Of a stretch of DNA of 64,000 bases, positions 14,731-27,036 are shown one piece after another (positions within the stretch are counted from its first letter, which is position 1; each line of letters opens with the position of its first letter). The notes beneath the pieces are model-generated. The model was not told where the DNA came from, did not search any database, and saw only the letters and a list, made by a program, of their open reading frames with translations. The stretch is from Tubiluchus corallicola (Eukaryota > Animalia > Priapulida), in NCBI GenBank assembly GCA_030141605.1, contig JAQGDQ010000898.1:1-64000 (forward strand), read 5' to 3'. The translations under genes were made by a program, and so were the position numbers.

Positions 14731-15205
14731 TTAAAAAAATGCTTTATTGTCTTGCAAGCGAGTTTTTGAACATAGTTTCTGTAAGTTAGTAACAAAACCG
14801 GGCCCGAGATAAACATTTTTATGTTGTTTTACAGAGAAATTAAGCTGTTCCTCATCATGGAAGAATGTCAGTTCTGTTCTGACTGTAAGACACAAATCAT
14901 TAATCCTCATTACCAGAAGCTGAATTTTGATTAATCTAATTTTTAATTTAACGTGTTTTGTGAGTAAATTAGAACATGTTTCTGATTAATCAAAATTCAA
15001 TTACATAGAGCAACAAACACTTATATAGAATCTTGTTGAAAACTGTCAACCAGTCACCCAAAGCTGGCAGTTACGTTGACAACTAGCAAATACTATGCTT
15101 TACACATTTAATACTGTTGCCAGAATGCTATAGTAGGACAAACAGGACTGGAGTGTGGAGACACTATATTAACAGGTCAAGAAACCACTTTTACTTCATT
15201 TCTCC

Positions 15206-15686
15206 AGGTTTTACACGTCAAATGTAGACACACGAAAGTTCAAATGTGACTTAGGTAAGTCAAATGTAGACATAGGAGTTTTGAATGTGTTTTGGTAACT
15301 CAAACGTGACTTAGGTAAGTCAAATGTAGATGATGCGGTACTTTGAATAAATCGGTAATTAAGTTATTTAAGTGCAAATTAGAAAAAGGTAAACCAAAGA
15401 TAGTGCATCTGTTAGTAGGCCTATAACGTTGTTATTTTAACTTAGGAGCAATCATTAAATTGAAATTAAAGGAGATTAAATTTAACATCCTTAAACTTTA
15501 CCACCTATCCACATTTGACTTGACATGTGTCTACATTTGATTTACCAAAAACGCTCAAGATTTGTTGAAAACCATTGTTAACACATTTGAACTGCCTAAA
15601 TCTACATTTGAGTTACCAAGACACATTTGAATTACCTAAATCTACATTTGAGTTAACGCAGGTCTACATTTGACATGTAAAACCTA
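15206..15686 (+). mobile_element. TA-flanked MITE family B, copy 3
   Basis: Same TIRs and body. Confidence 0.82.
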
Positions 15687-15977
15687 TCGAACGCTCGCAT
15701 GAGGAGAAGTAGCGGGTATCATCCAAACCAAGTATGACAGTAATTCAATTTAATTAATTTATTTATCCCTTCCTCTTACGTGATAAAGTACACTACAGAA
15801 ATATTAATTAGTAAACTAGCAAAGGCCCCGCAAAAATTTTTGCGTATAAATACATGTATAATCAAAAACGCGCAAACATCCTACATAGTCCTCATTTATA
15901 ACGCAAAGCCAGTAGCAGCTTTTACTGAATTAAAGTTATAATTAATATTAATATTAATATTAATTAGTAAATGGAAC

Positions 15978-17051
15978 TAGCGACGTGGTGGAGAAAGACC
16001 AGAGGTCACCTAAGAAGCCACCCCTATATCACTAGCAAAATTTTAAATTTAATGCCACGTTTTTCATGAAAATTAGATATGCATAGCTGCAGTATTATTA
16101 TTTATAGTTGCTTTTTACGTTATAATTATATTAAATATATAGTTACATTATTAATACACTAGATGTAGTATTTATCCTACTGTAGATTCACATCATAGTC
16201 AAAACTCAAGTCAAAAGAATCCCTGGTAGTAATTAATGTCTTCTGCCTTGTCATACCATAACAGAGCTAAGAACTGAACCTTGTTTGCACAGGTGCTAAT
16301 TACGTTTAACCTAATATGTACGCTACAAGGAGGAGGATGAGAAGGTGATGTGTTGTTTTCTGAGTCTGCAGGAGATATGATCCTCTTACACCCACGTAAA
16401 CAGATTTCTTGTCAGTCTCTCTGCCACTCTCGCCACTGGACGTCTGGTCAATGACACGTCACTGACCACGTGACATGGGATACTGTTATTGATAAATAAA
16501 TCATCGTAGTAACACGACCGGAAGCTGAGAGAGCTGGATGGAATGATTAAATGAGATGTTATTGTTTACATTTATGCCCTGAGAATGTACAGATGGTGGG
16601 CAAATCTTCATGATCTGTTCCACATTTTCCCCAAATTTCTGAATGGGAAATTTCAGACGCTGACAGCTATTCATGGTTGCCAAAAAATGAACCGGCAGTG
16701 TCTATGAAGCTGCTTGAGCAAGCCACAGCAGCAACAAGGGGAGGCCTGGGAAAATTAGCTTCTTAGCTCTGTTATACAGGCTGGTATGACTTTAATTTTT
16801 ACGCAGGGGTCCTTTTGACTTGAGTTTTGACTATGATGTTAATTTGACAGTAGGACATATACTGCACCTATAGTATTAATAATGCAACTATATATTTAAT
16901 ATAATTAGAACGTAAAAAGCAACTAGAAATAATAATACTGCAGCTATGTATATTTAATTTTCATGAAAAACTGGCATTAAATTTAAAATTTTGATAGTGA
17001 TATAGGGGTGGCTTCTTAGGTGACCTCTGGTCTTTCTCCACCACGTTGCTA
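15978..17051. mobile_element. Non-autonomous element with ~248-bp terminal inverted repeats
   Basis: 15978-16225 is the reverse complement of 16804-17051; TA at both ends. Confidence 0.8.
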
Positions 17052-18464
17052 TATATATATCCTTATTTGCCATAAATAGATGTCGTTACATTTGATAAAA
17101 ACATAAAAAAGACACCTTAGGTTAGCAATCTATAAAGTAATCCAGTTAATTGGTACTTCTAAAATCGAAAGTTTACAAATTACAGTTTAATGAAAATTAC
17201 ATCATAAACAGTTAACGAATCACAGAATTCACAATTTTCCTGAACATTTTAAGGCAAAAACAAATAATAGTACAATTGTACTAATAACAATGCTACTTAC
17301 ATGCAATTACAACATTAAAAAGTTAAACCAGATACTAAATATATTACAACATATGAAGTCACAGTATAAACAGTATTTATTGCACATTAAAATGCTCTAC
17401 ACAAATTTTCGGGGCGGGGGTAGATAAAATTACTGTGTATGCTGACATCTTGGTACGTAGGATAATCATATTGTGACAATATACGTTTTTAATTTCGATT
17501 TGTATTCACTCCACGACTTTATTTGTTTTATAGCTGGGAGTAAAGAATTCCACAACAGAATGCTTTGCTTGGATATCGCGAAATTGTCAGAATGAAATGA
17601 AATGTTAGCCACGTGTAGTTTCTCTCAGTAAATGTGTGCGCGAACACCGACAGGGACAATCTTTGAGATTTCCAGTGTTGTACAGGGTGATCCAAAGAAA
17701 TATGATGATGTACTGATCAAATCACAAAAATGCAGTTAAATAAAAAACTACAGGAAGTATACTACTATACCACAAAACTCATGGAAGTTTGTGCAGCTAC
17801 AACTATGGTGACACTTCTAAGACGTTTTACAGGGTAATATTGATATGATTTTAACATCTGGTACAGTACAATTCCCTTTTTGGACCATTCTATGCAATAT
17901 TTTTCAAAAAACCACCAGCCTTTTCACCCACTTTCCGCCTCACGCCAAACGCTATGCAGACAACAAAACGTTTCTGAGGAAATGCTAGAGCTAGCGCCAC
18001 CAGTCAATTTAATGTGACATGCTTCAATTTATAATAGATAAAAGATGGCGCAATTGTTCTATGAGTTTGCGTCACCACCTGCGTCACGACAGTTGAAATG
18101 AGCAACACTGGGAACCATTGACATTCTCTTCAAAAAAACTAACTGGGTAGTGCATTGTAAACGGAACTTTCAGTGGCAAGATTAAGGCATTGGGATCCGA
18201 CAAGAATTAAGTTCCAAGGGAGGCCGCATTAAAGAATTTCATTGCGCTCAAAGCTGACTAATTTAGAGGCTACAGACAAATCTATGTGAGAACATGAAAG
18301 TTGTTAATGTCTCTACTATGCAGAGATATTACTGAGCATACACGTAACGTGAACACTACGTGGATGCGCACGCATCTATGAAAATTTTTATGCTGCCGGC
18401 ATGGTACTGGAAGTATAATTTCGAAGATTTAGCGCCGTGCCTGCGTCTAACAAAACTTGCTTAA

Positions 18465-18922
18465 CCCTTTCATACCCGTTGTATCCCGTGGGATACGAGA
18501 ATATTTTCCCCTTTAAAATTAATAAAATTTTAAAACGGACAGCTATTTGATATGTTAATAGTTATTTTGATTTAAGCCAATAACAATAGACTAAAATGGT
18601 GATAAAATGGCAAACTAGAAAATCTACGGAGCATAAAAAACTGCGCAAGGTACAGTACTTTAGAGACGACTTTGTACAGATCAGCATAGCATGCATACTA
18701 AATGTCTTAAATACTTTAAAAAATTATCAGCAGTTGCAAAATGAAGCACATTTTTTGCTTTTGTTGAATCCCAATGCATCCCGTGGGATACAGGCTATAT
18801 TTAGCACGCGGGCACAGGTAGAAAAAAATTATTATTATGTGTAAACAAGATGGACATACTGAACAAAAGTATAAAGCCAAATAATTTTTTCTTATTAAAA
18901 AACTAATTTGGGACTGAAAGGG
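18465..18922 (-). mobile_element. TTAA MITE family A, copy 2
   Basis: Same TIRs, TTAA on both sides. Confidence 0.88.
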
Positions 18923-19261
18923 TTAAGGTTTTTTTGTAGACTTTAATCATTTTGCTGATCACACTGTAGATTGTTACTAAGGATTAAGTTGTTCAGAAAA
19001 ACCACAGCGTGTTTCGGCAGCAACACAGGCGGGTTATCAACACGGCGGAAATGATGTAATTGAAGGAAATTGTCCCAGAAATTTTGTTAATTTAAAGATT
19101 AGTATGTCTGTGAGCCTGTAATAGGTCTTTCTACAGCACTTTCTGGCGATCTGTCTGTGGGAGATAAGCAACCAAACTAGAACACAAGCTTGCAAGCGAC
19201 CAACCAATCTACTAGCTGCAATTCCATCCGAATGAGCCAAAAAAAAAGAATATTAGGTTAA

Positions 19262-19696
19262 CCTTTTCAGTCCCAAATTATTTTTTAATAAGAAAAAAAT
19301 TTGGCTTGGTACTTTTGTTCCCAATGTATCCTGTGGGATACACAACATTCTTAGTCATATGCAAAAAAAACCTCCGACTTTTTTAAAAACACAACAAAAG
19401 CAAAAACTGTGCTTCATTTTGCAACTGCTGATAATTTTTTAAAGTATTTAAGACATTTAGTATGCATGCTATGCTGATCTGTACAAAGTCGTCTCTAAAG
19501 TACTGTACCTTGCGCAGTTTTTTATGCTATGTAGATTTTCTAGTTTGCCATTTTATCACCATTTTTAGTCTATTGTTATTGGCTTAAATCAAAATAACTA
19601 TTAACAGATCAAATAACTGTCAGTTTTAAAATTTTATTAATTTTAAAGGCAGAAAATATTCTCGTATCCCACGGGATACAACGGGTATGAAAGGGG
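19262..19696 (+). mobile_element. TTAA MITE family A, copy 3 (internal variant)
   Basis: Shared body with different internal segment; degenerate termini. Confidence 0.8.
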
Positions 19697-20159
19697 TCAA
19701 AATAATTTTCCACGAAGAATATTTTATGTGCACAATTCTAAGTATAAATGTCAGTAGTCACAGTTATAGCCGTTAGCCTAGAGACCTCTAGATCTAAAGA
19801 GATCTCTAGACTAAATAAAATAACCTAACTACGTAATTACGCATGTATTATACGTCTATACACGAAAGGACAATGTTCTTTAAGCAAGGGCACGCAAAGA
19901 ATTTCGCCATTCGCACAAAAGCATTAGCCTTTGATGAAATATTAACGACATGTATACAGAAGCTGAACCTTTGTTGACATGGACGTAATGGCTGATAGCA
20001 TTTCAGAAAGCAAACCGATTGATTTATTAATATAAAAGGAAAATAGTTTTAGTACAAAATCGTTATAAGACGCGCCAAGAACGTTCTCTAAACAAGGACA
20101 GTAAAGAAAATGAGTGAAACGATAGTCAAATGTAAACGTTGAGTAGCATGCAGGCGTAC

Positions 20160-20655
20160 ACCGTTGTCGTTGTCATTTCAGCTGCAGCCCAGGCTGTTGC
20201 TGCTGCTGTTGTTGTTGCTATTGTCGTTGTCGTTGTCGCTGCTGCTGCTGTTACTGCTGCTGTTGTTGTTGCTGTTGTTGTTGTCGCTGCTGCTGCTGCT
20301 GTTGTTGTTGCTATTGTCGTTGTCGTTGTTGCTGCCGCTGCTGTTACTGCTGCTGTTGTTGTTGCTGTTGTCGTTGTCGCTGCTGCTGTTGTTGTTGCTA
20401 TTGTCGTTGTCGTTGTTGCTGCCGCTGCTGTTACTGCTGCTGTTGTTGTTGCTATTGTCGTTGTCGTTGTTGCTGCCGCTGCTGTTACTGCTGCTGTTGT
20501 TGTTGCTGTTGTCGTTGTCGCTGCTGCTGCTGTTGTTGCTGTTGTCGTTGTCGCTGCCGCTGCTGTTACTGCTGCTGTTGTTGTAGCTGTTGTCGTTGTC
20601 GCTGCTGCTGCTGCTGCTGCTGTTGTTGTTGTTGCTGTTGTCGTTGTCGCTGTTC
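20160..20655. repeat. Compound (GCT/GTT/GTC)n repeat with higher-order units
   Basis: Direct reading. Confidence 0.93.
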
Positions 20656-21577
20656 ACCCTCAGCGCAGCATTCAACAATAAATTACTACTTACTAAAGAA
20701 ATCAACAACAAACACCGGAATGATCAGTAATCACTCTGTGGAACTACTAAAAACTAACCAGTAAAAGTAACCAGTAAAAATAACCAGTAAAAGTAACCAG
20801 TATATCCTAAAAAAATTTGATACAACGTTATATTACTCAGCACTACACTTACTTGTTTGAAAGATGCATGTAATTTGAAACGACAAAAGATGATTTAAGA
20901 TAAACCGTCACTGGCTCACTATTCAGTGTGCACCAAAAAAAACGTCACTGGCTCACAAGGAAAAATACTATTACTCTTTTTCTGACAAGCTAAAATAATT
21001 TACACTGTCGCTTAGCTAACGAAGCATGTGCTACGAATCTCTATTAGTGTGGATGTACGTGATACATAATTTCAAGATGAATTTTTTTTAGCTTTATCTA
21101 TGCATAATAAGTGTTTTCTTGTCCTTTAACAAGTCAACCAGCTTAATCAAGATTCGCACTGCTCTGGGGAAAAATAAAATGAACTCGTAGATTTCTCTAC
21201 AAAACTAGCAGAACGCAGAGAGCCGTTGAGGCGAAAGGATTAGCAAGACAAACAACAAATCCTTGATAAATTAAACGCCAGCTGATTTAAGCTTTAGAAA
21301 CCCAAGACGAGAGCTGATTATAATTTTCATGGATCATGCATCACCTTCAGATAATATAAGACACACTATAGTATGATGATCAGACTAATGTGACTCATAT
21401 GAAGGGTGGCCTTCGCAGTGAACTTCACAGTTTAATCACTTTTAAGGATCCTCCTCAGAATATATGTTGTCTTTATCAGCAATAATCATCATCATTTGTT
21501 TCTTTTTGTTTGGTTGGTTGCATCGATGTACTTGATCATTTATTTGATATGTGAAGGGGCAGCAAAATGGTGAGCTT

Positions 21578-21660
21578 ACCGACTGAAGTTAAGCGATGTC
21601 AAGGCTAGTCAGAAAATTGATGGGCGAGTGCTAGGTTCGATACTCGCTCTCGACGATTTC
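21578..21660 (+). pseudogene. Degenerate 5S-like fragment followed by a B-box-like motif (old SINE head)
   Basis: GAAGTTAAGCGATGTCAAGGCTAGTCAG...GATGGGCGA resembles the 5S internal control region; GGTTCGATAC follows. Confidence 0.4.
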
Positions 21661-22587
21661 ATTTGGCTGTGAACTTGGATAAGGAAAGATGTGGAACAGA
21701 AGCCAAGTTCGGAAAATTGCGATAACTTCCACATTATCGCCATATCAGATATGAGATGTATATGAGATAAATAAAATTCTCTACGGTCTATGGCAATCAG
21801 AAGATCTCAGAATAACAAAAAAGAAGGTACTGACAACGTTTTCGACTTTTGGTCAACATTCCATAAGGTCAACATGACCTCTCACGTAAAAAAATTTCAT
21901 TTTCCAGCACGGAAGAAAATTGGTTCCTCGCCGCATTTTTTATTTTCTCGTCAGTAAAGTTTTGCCTCGTTTGCTGTGCTTCAAAGAAAAACCCGCAATT
22001 TCACCAGTAATCTAATTGCCTTTAACGATGGCGTCAAATAAACCGACAACACGAGTTTCTACTCGAGGGCAGCTCTGCTGAAATTTGACGGTTCTTACCA
22101 CATTAATCACGCCGCCATTTTGTAACAAGACGTTTACAAAATAGCCTCCTTAGTTAACTAACAGAATTGGAACATGACACTGTTAAAAAGAAGAAAAATG
22201 TACATGGTGGACATAAAAAAATGTAGTTTTTTTTTGTTTCATTATCTACAGTAACCCAAGAAGAGGGTTAGTAGGCACACTGCTATTGGGTCAGCTGAAA
22301 ATGCCACCTAGCATTTTTTGAAAGTAAATCAAGAAACCACGTGATCGATTTAAAATAGAACAGAAGCAGATGACACAAGACAGGTGTGATGTGATGAAAC
22401 GGGATGACGTTTATTATAAGATGTGCGGCATTATTTTGTACGTGTTGTAGAAACAACATGCAGAAAGGTGTTAGGACACATCCCGGTAGAGGTCACTAGG
22501 GACAGAGCAGAGTGGCAACAACACATTGAGAAATCTTTAGGACTCACCCTGCCAGAGTTCACTAGAACTACAACAGAGTGTGATTAA

Positions 22588-23043
22588 CGCTTTCATACCC
22601 GTTGCATCCCGTGGGATACAAGAATATTTTCTGTCTTTAAAATTAATAAAATTTTAAAACTGACAGTTATTTGATCTGTTAATAGTTATTTTGATTTAAG
22701 CCAATAACAATAGACTAAAAATGGTGATAAAATGGCAAACTAGAAAATCTACATAGCATAAAAACTGCGCAAGGTACAGTACTTTAGAGACGACTTTGTA
22801 CAGATCAGCATAGCATGCATACTAAATGTCTTAAATGCTTTAAAAAATTATCAGCAGTTGCAAAATGAAGCACATTTTATGCTTCCATTGAATCCCAATG
22901 TATCCCGTGGGATACAGGCTATATTTAGCACGCAGGCACAGGTAGGAAAAAATAATTATTATGTGTAAACAAGATGGACATACTGAACAAAAGTACCAAG
23001 CCAAAATTTTTTTTCTTATTAAAAAAAATTGGGACTGAAAGGG
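22588..23043 (-). mobile_element. TTAA MITE family A, copy 4, flanked by a 238-bp direct duplication
   Basis: TTAA flanks; 22350-22587 repeated at 23044-23281. Confidence 0.88.
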
Positions 23044-23408
23044 TTAAAATAGAACAGAAGCAGATGACACAAGACAGGTGTGATGTGATGAAACGCGATG
23101 ACATTTATCATAAGATGTGCGGCATTATTTTGTACTTGTTGTAGGAACAACACGCAGGGAGGTGTTAGGACACATCCCGGCAGAGGTCACTAGGGACAGA
23201 GCAGAGTGGCAACAACACACTGAAAAATCTTTAGGACTCACCCTGCCAGAGTTCACTAGAACTAGAACAGAGTGTGATTAATAGACTGAAATGAAATTCC
23301 TAGGGGATTTAGTTTAAAAAAACTGAATGTCAACTTCTTCGACTTCTTTTTTTCCGTTTGCATTGTAACGAAACATTGTCTTTGCTTTGTGCACGTAAGT
23401 GATGTTAT

Positions 23409-23687
23409 GCGTTTCTGACCAATGAGAAGGTGCGTTCGTTTGTCTTTGTGCACGTGAGCGTTTCTGACGAATGAGAATGTGCGTTCGTTTGTCTTTGTGC
23501 ACGTGAGCGTTTCTGACGAATGAGAATGTGCGTTCGTTTGTCTTTGTGCACGTGAGCGTTTCTGACGAATGAGAATGTGCGTTCGTTTGTCTTTGTGCAC
23601 GTGAGCGTTTCTGACCAATGAGAATCTGCGTTCGTTTGTCTTTGTGCACGTGAGCGTTTCTGACCAATGAGAATGCGCGTTCGTTTG
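23409..23687. repeat. 49-bp minisatellite, 5-6 units, each full unit with CACGTG
   Basis: Unit GCGTTTCTGACSAATGAGAATGTGCGTTCGTTTGTCTTTGTGCACGTGA. Confidence 0.92.
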
Positions 23688-23768
23688 GTTTTCTTTTACA
23701 ATAATTGTCCGTAAATTCCTTCATTCAAAACTCAAACTCCAGTGTTTTGGAACTTTTACAGGTGAAAA

Positions 23769-24143
23769 ATGCATTTGTCTACAAGCTGCGTTTTCGCTTT
23801 ATTCTCACTGGTTCTATTCACAATATCCGACGGCTGTTCAAGAACGAGTAGAGTTGAGACGGTAACGCAGTGGTCAGAAGAGGAGGATATAGAAAAGTGT
23901 GTACAAGGAACAGAAGAGGGCAAAAAGAGAGCCATAGTGTGTCTTGCATGTGCAAAAGAAGAGAGTACTTTTGTAAAAATTCAATACAGATATTGTTGCA
24001 GAGATGACGAAGGATATAAAGACTGTAAAAACTACTTTGCACAACGCAATGATGCTAATTTACAGTTTCATGCACTAATAACGAAACTGCTCCTTTCATT
24101 GCTTTTGCTATATTACAACTATTTCAACTTACAACTATTTTAA
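23769..24143 (+). CDS. Nested antisense gene: 124-aa secreted cysteine-rich protein with probable GPI-anchor signal
   Basis: Acceptor ACTTTTACAG just upstream, AAAAATG start context, hydrophobic signal peptide, core C-x13-C-x2-C-x14-CC-x8-C, then NDAN and a hydrophobic tail. Confidence 0.72.
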   Translation: MHLSTSCVFALFSLVLFTISDGCSRTSRVETVTQWSEEEDIEKCVQGTEEGKKRAIVCLACAKEESTFVKIQYRYCCRDDEGYKDCKNYFAQRNDANLQFHALITKLLLSLLLLYYNYFNLQLF

Positions 24144-24535
24144 AATGCACCGTAATATGCATCTACAAATGCATCGAATCTGTTCACTTTAGAACCATCT
24201 TAGAACAACCCGGAGAACTCGCCAGGACTGACACTCAAATGAAATATCACAGAGAAATGGTGCACCATTTTAACACTCACCGAGCCAGTCAGCATTAGAC
24301 CAGGTCTTACCAGACTAGAGCTCATCAGACCATGAGGATTTCATAATTACTGAAACAAACTATAGGACTGAACCTCTTTCGTTTTAATTAAAAATCATTA
24401 CAACAAATCTGTACATGTATGTAGTTCACAATATTACCACTACTGGAATACAGTTTTTTTTAGAAAACCCAAGCCTTGCCTTATATACCCCATTTATTTC
24501 GAACATATAGTTCACAGTAACATTGTAAAAAAAAT

Positions 24536-24755
24536 TAAATTATCTAGAGAAAAATAAAATTACAAAATTATCTATAAAAAATATAAATTATCTAGAGAAA
24601 ATAAAATTACAAAATTATCTATAAAAAATATAAATTATCTAGAGAAAAATAAAATTACAAAATTATCTATAAAAAATATAAATTATCTAGAGAAAAATAA
24701 AATTGCAAAATTATCTATAAAAAAATATAAATTACGTAGAGAAAATAAAATTACA
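24536..24755. repeat. ~47-bp AT-rich minisatellite, 4-5 units
   Basis: AAATTATCTAGAGAAAAATAAAATTACAAAATTATCTATAAAAAATAT repeated. Confidence 0.88.
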
Positions 24756-25505
24756 ATTACGGGATTAGTACACGACAACATAAACAAAAATATAAAAAAT
24801 AGTACATAAGATCAAAACAAAGAAAAAGAATTCATAGAAACGAAATGCAGTCAACCGCCTCAGACCACTGACCACGGGTCTCACGTCAAAAAGTGACAAG
24901 ATCCGATTTCATCGAAACTTTTTACTATTACTAGGCAATCAAGAATCGCGAATTCAATGAAAATAGTATTAAGATGGCATAGAAGCAAATCTTTAGGACC
25001 CCTTCAAGGTCGAATTAAGGAACAACAGATACAGTGTACCAATAACAGTTTCTCTCCCGACAAAACCACGTACTTCAACTTTTAAGACTAGCATCCAGGC
25101 TAGGACAACTCCATTACGACCACTCCGTCGACGAAGTAGGTGTTTTCTCGATTGCTCATGCCTGGTAATTACGGTCAGTGAGTTTTCAACTTCAAACGTT
25201 CAGCCGCATTCCTTGAACACGGTCAAGTAGCAGCTCATTTTCATAAGAGATTAACCCAGCCTCGTTTTCTTTACCAGTAACGTGAGCTTCCTTTAACATT
25301 CTTTCACCTTATGACAAAGCAATAGCTCTTGGATAAGAAATACTACAGCAAAGCGTATATTGTTTGAGGGCATGGTGCACTTTGTTGAGTACTTGTATTC
25401 TTGAAATGAACTCTAAAAGATGCATTTTCCCGGATCTGTTACGGAATAAATTTTTGGCGCCAAAAATCGTCACGATAAAACTTGATACACACACAAAACT
25501 TAGGA

Positions 25506-26017
25506 CAGGGGTGTGTAAATTGCGGACCGCGGGTGACTTGCGGCCCGCGACGAGATTTGTCAACTTAATGAAAGTGCGGCCCGGGCGATTGACTGTATCC
25601 AGCTGAAGTCCGTGCCACGATCCCAAAGATAGTGCGGGTAGTTTTTTCTACTAGATCGGATGCCATTAACCCTTACAAGATGGTTGTAGCTTAGCCATTA
25701 ACCCTTACAAGACGGTTGTAGCTTAATGTCACTGTACTACACAGACTGTGTGATACACATTACTAATATGCATTGTAATGAAATTACCACTATCTGTCCT
25801 GAAAGTCGAAATATATGGTTTGTAACATAAATTTTAATAACTTCTAAAATAGTTTCTTGAGTGTAGTAGTGCAGTAGTAATGATGTACGCGGGTCGGATG
25901 CAAAAAATTGTTATTAGGCCTTTCTGTACTTGGCTCCCTGATTAAACTGCATGTGGCCCGCAGGAATTGCGGGAAAGTTTCATGTGGCCCGGCTAGTCAG
26001 ATAATTTGCACACCCTG
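25506..26017 (-). mobile_element. hAT MITE family D, copy 2
   Basis: Reverse complement of copy 1; TSD ACTTAGGA/CCTTAGGA. Confidence 0.83.
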
Positions 26018-26553
26018 CCTTAGGAGGAGTGGCTAGAAAAATCACATACTGAGAAGGAAAATATGAGATTAAAAGTGATGCAGTAATAAATTTTCGTGTT
26101 CTTATGGCTAGAAAGAATTTGTCACTGTTTTTCTCACTACTTGATAACAAATCGCGAATGCTAGTTGTTTAGGCATTTCCAGTGCCTAGAGGCGTGGCAG
26201 CAGATAGCGCAGTACATCGAAATTTCTCTACATCATAACCAAGCAAGTTATCCTTTGTGTCAGATGCCATGCGAGCTAACACGTGCTACAATCAAGTTTT
26301 TTACACAACCCGAAGGCACGTTTCACCTCAATATATTCCGAGGTAGTTTATTGATAAAGTTGCTGTATTTATTATCAGTGTGTTATGAACTGTTGTAAAT
26401 TTCACACAAAGTAAAGAAAGTCTGGCGTATATTACAAAGAAGGATAAAAGTAAAAAGACCCACATAATCAATTAATCACTCCTTCACAGCACAATATGAC
26501 AGTGCAATGGACTTATCTTTTCTGTAACAGGTAAATAAGTGAAATAATAACTA

Positions 26554-27036
26554 TTTTCTTCTTCTTCCCAGCTTTTCCCTATGCGGGGTCGCCGTTGTGA
26601 ATGAATCTTCTCCACGCATTCCTGTTGTTGACCATCCCTTCATTTATGTTCTTCTCTCTAAGGCCTCTCTCCCCACAAGATCTTCACCGACTCTTCTTTT
26701 CAGGTGTCCATACCATCGCAATCTTGCGAGGCTTCCACTACTTTTACTGTTCCTCTGATATTATTATTTCTAATTTGATCTCTTCTTGTTATTCCCACCA
26801 TCCATCTCAACATCCTCATCTACACCACCTCCATTTTTTTCTCTTCGGTCTTCTTTAGAGAAGCTGCTACCAGCCCATAGATTAGAGCGGGTCTGACCAC
26901 TATCTTTGTGGACTTTACCTTTAAGTCTCACCGACTCATTCACAGTAGGTTTTGGCGCAGTTTTTACAGGCGGATGCCCTTCCTGACCCTAACCCTCCCT
27001 ATTTATCCGGGCTTGGGACCGGCACTGAGCTAGGTT
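26554..27036 (-). mobile_element. Second copy of the bipartite RTE element
   Basis: Reverse complement of 33560-34105 with the same 5'UTR/ORF junction; (GAA)n tail; imperfect TSD. Confidence 0.85.

Noticed and set aside
20139-20711. Poly-V/A/L/N/S ORFs (also 58454-59463)
   Set aside because: Trinucleotide repeats open in several frames; no splice or domain support
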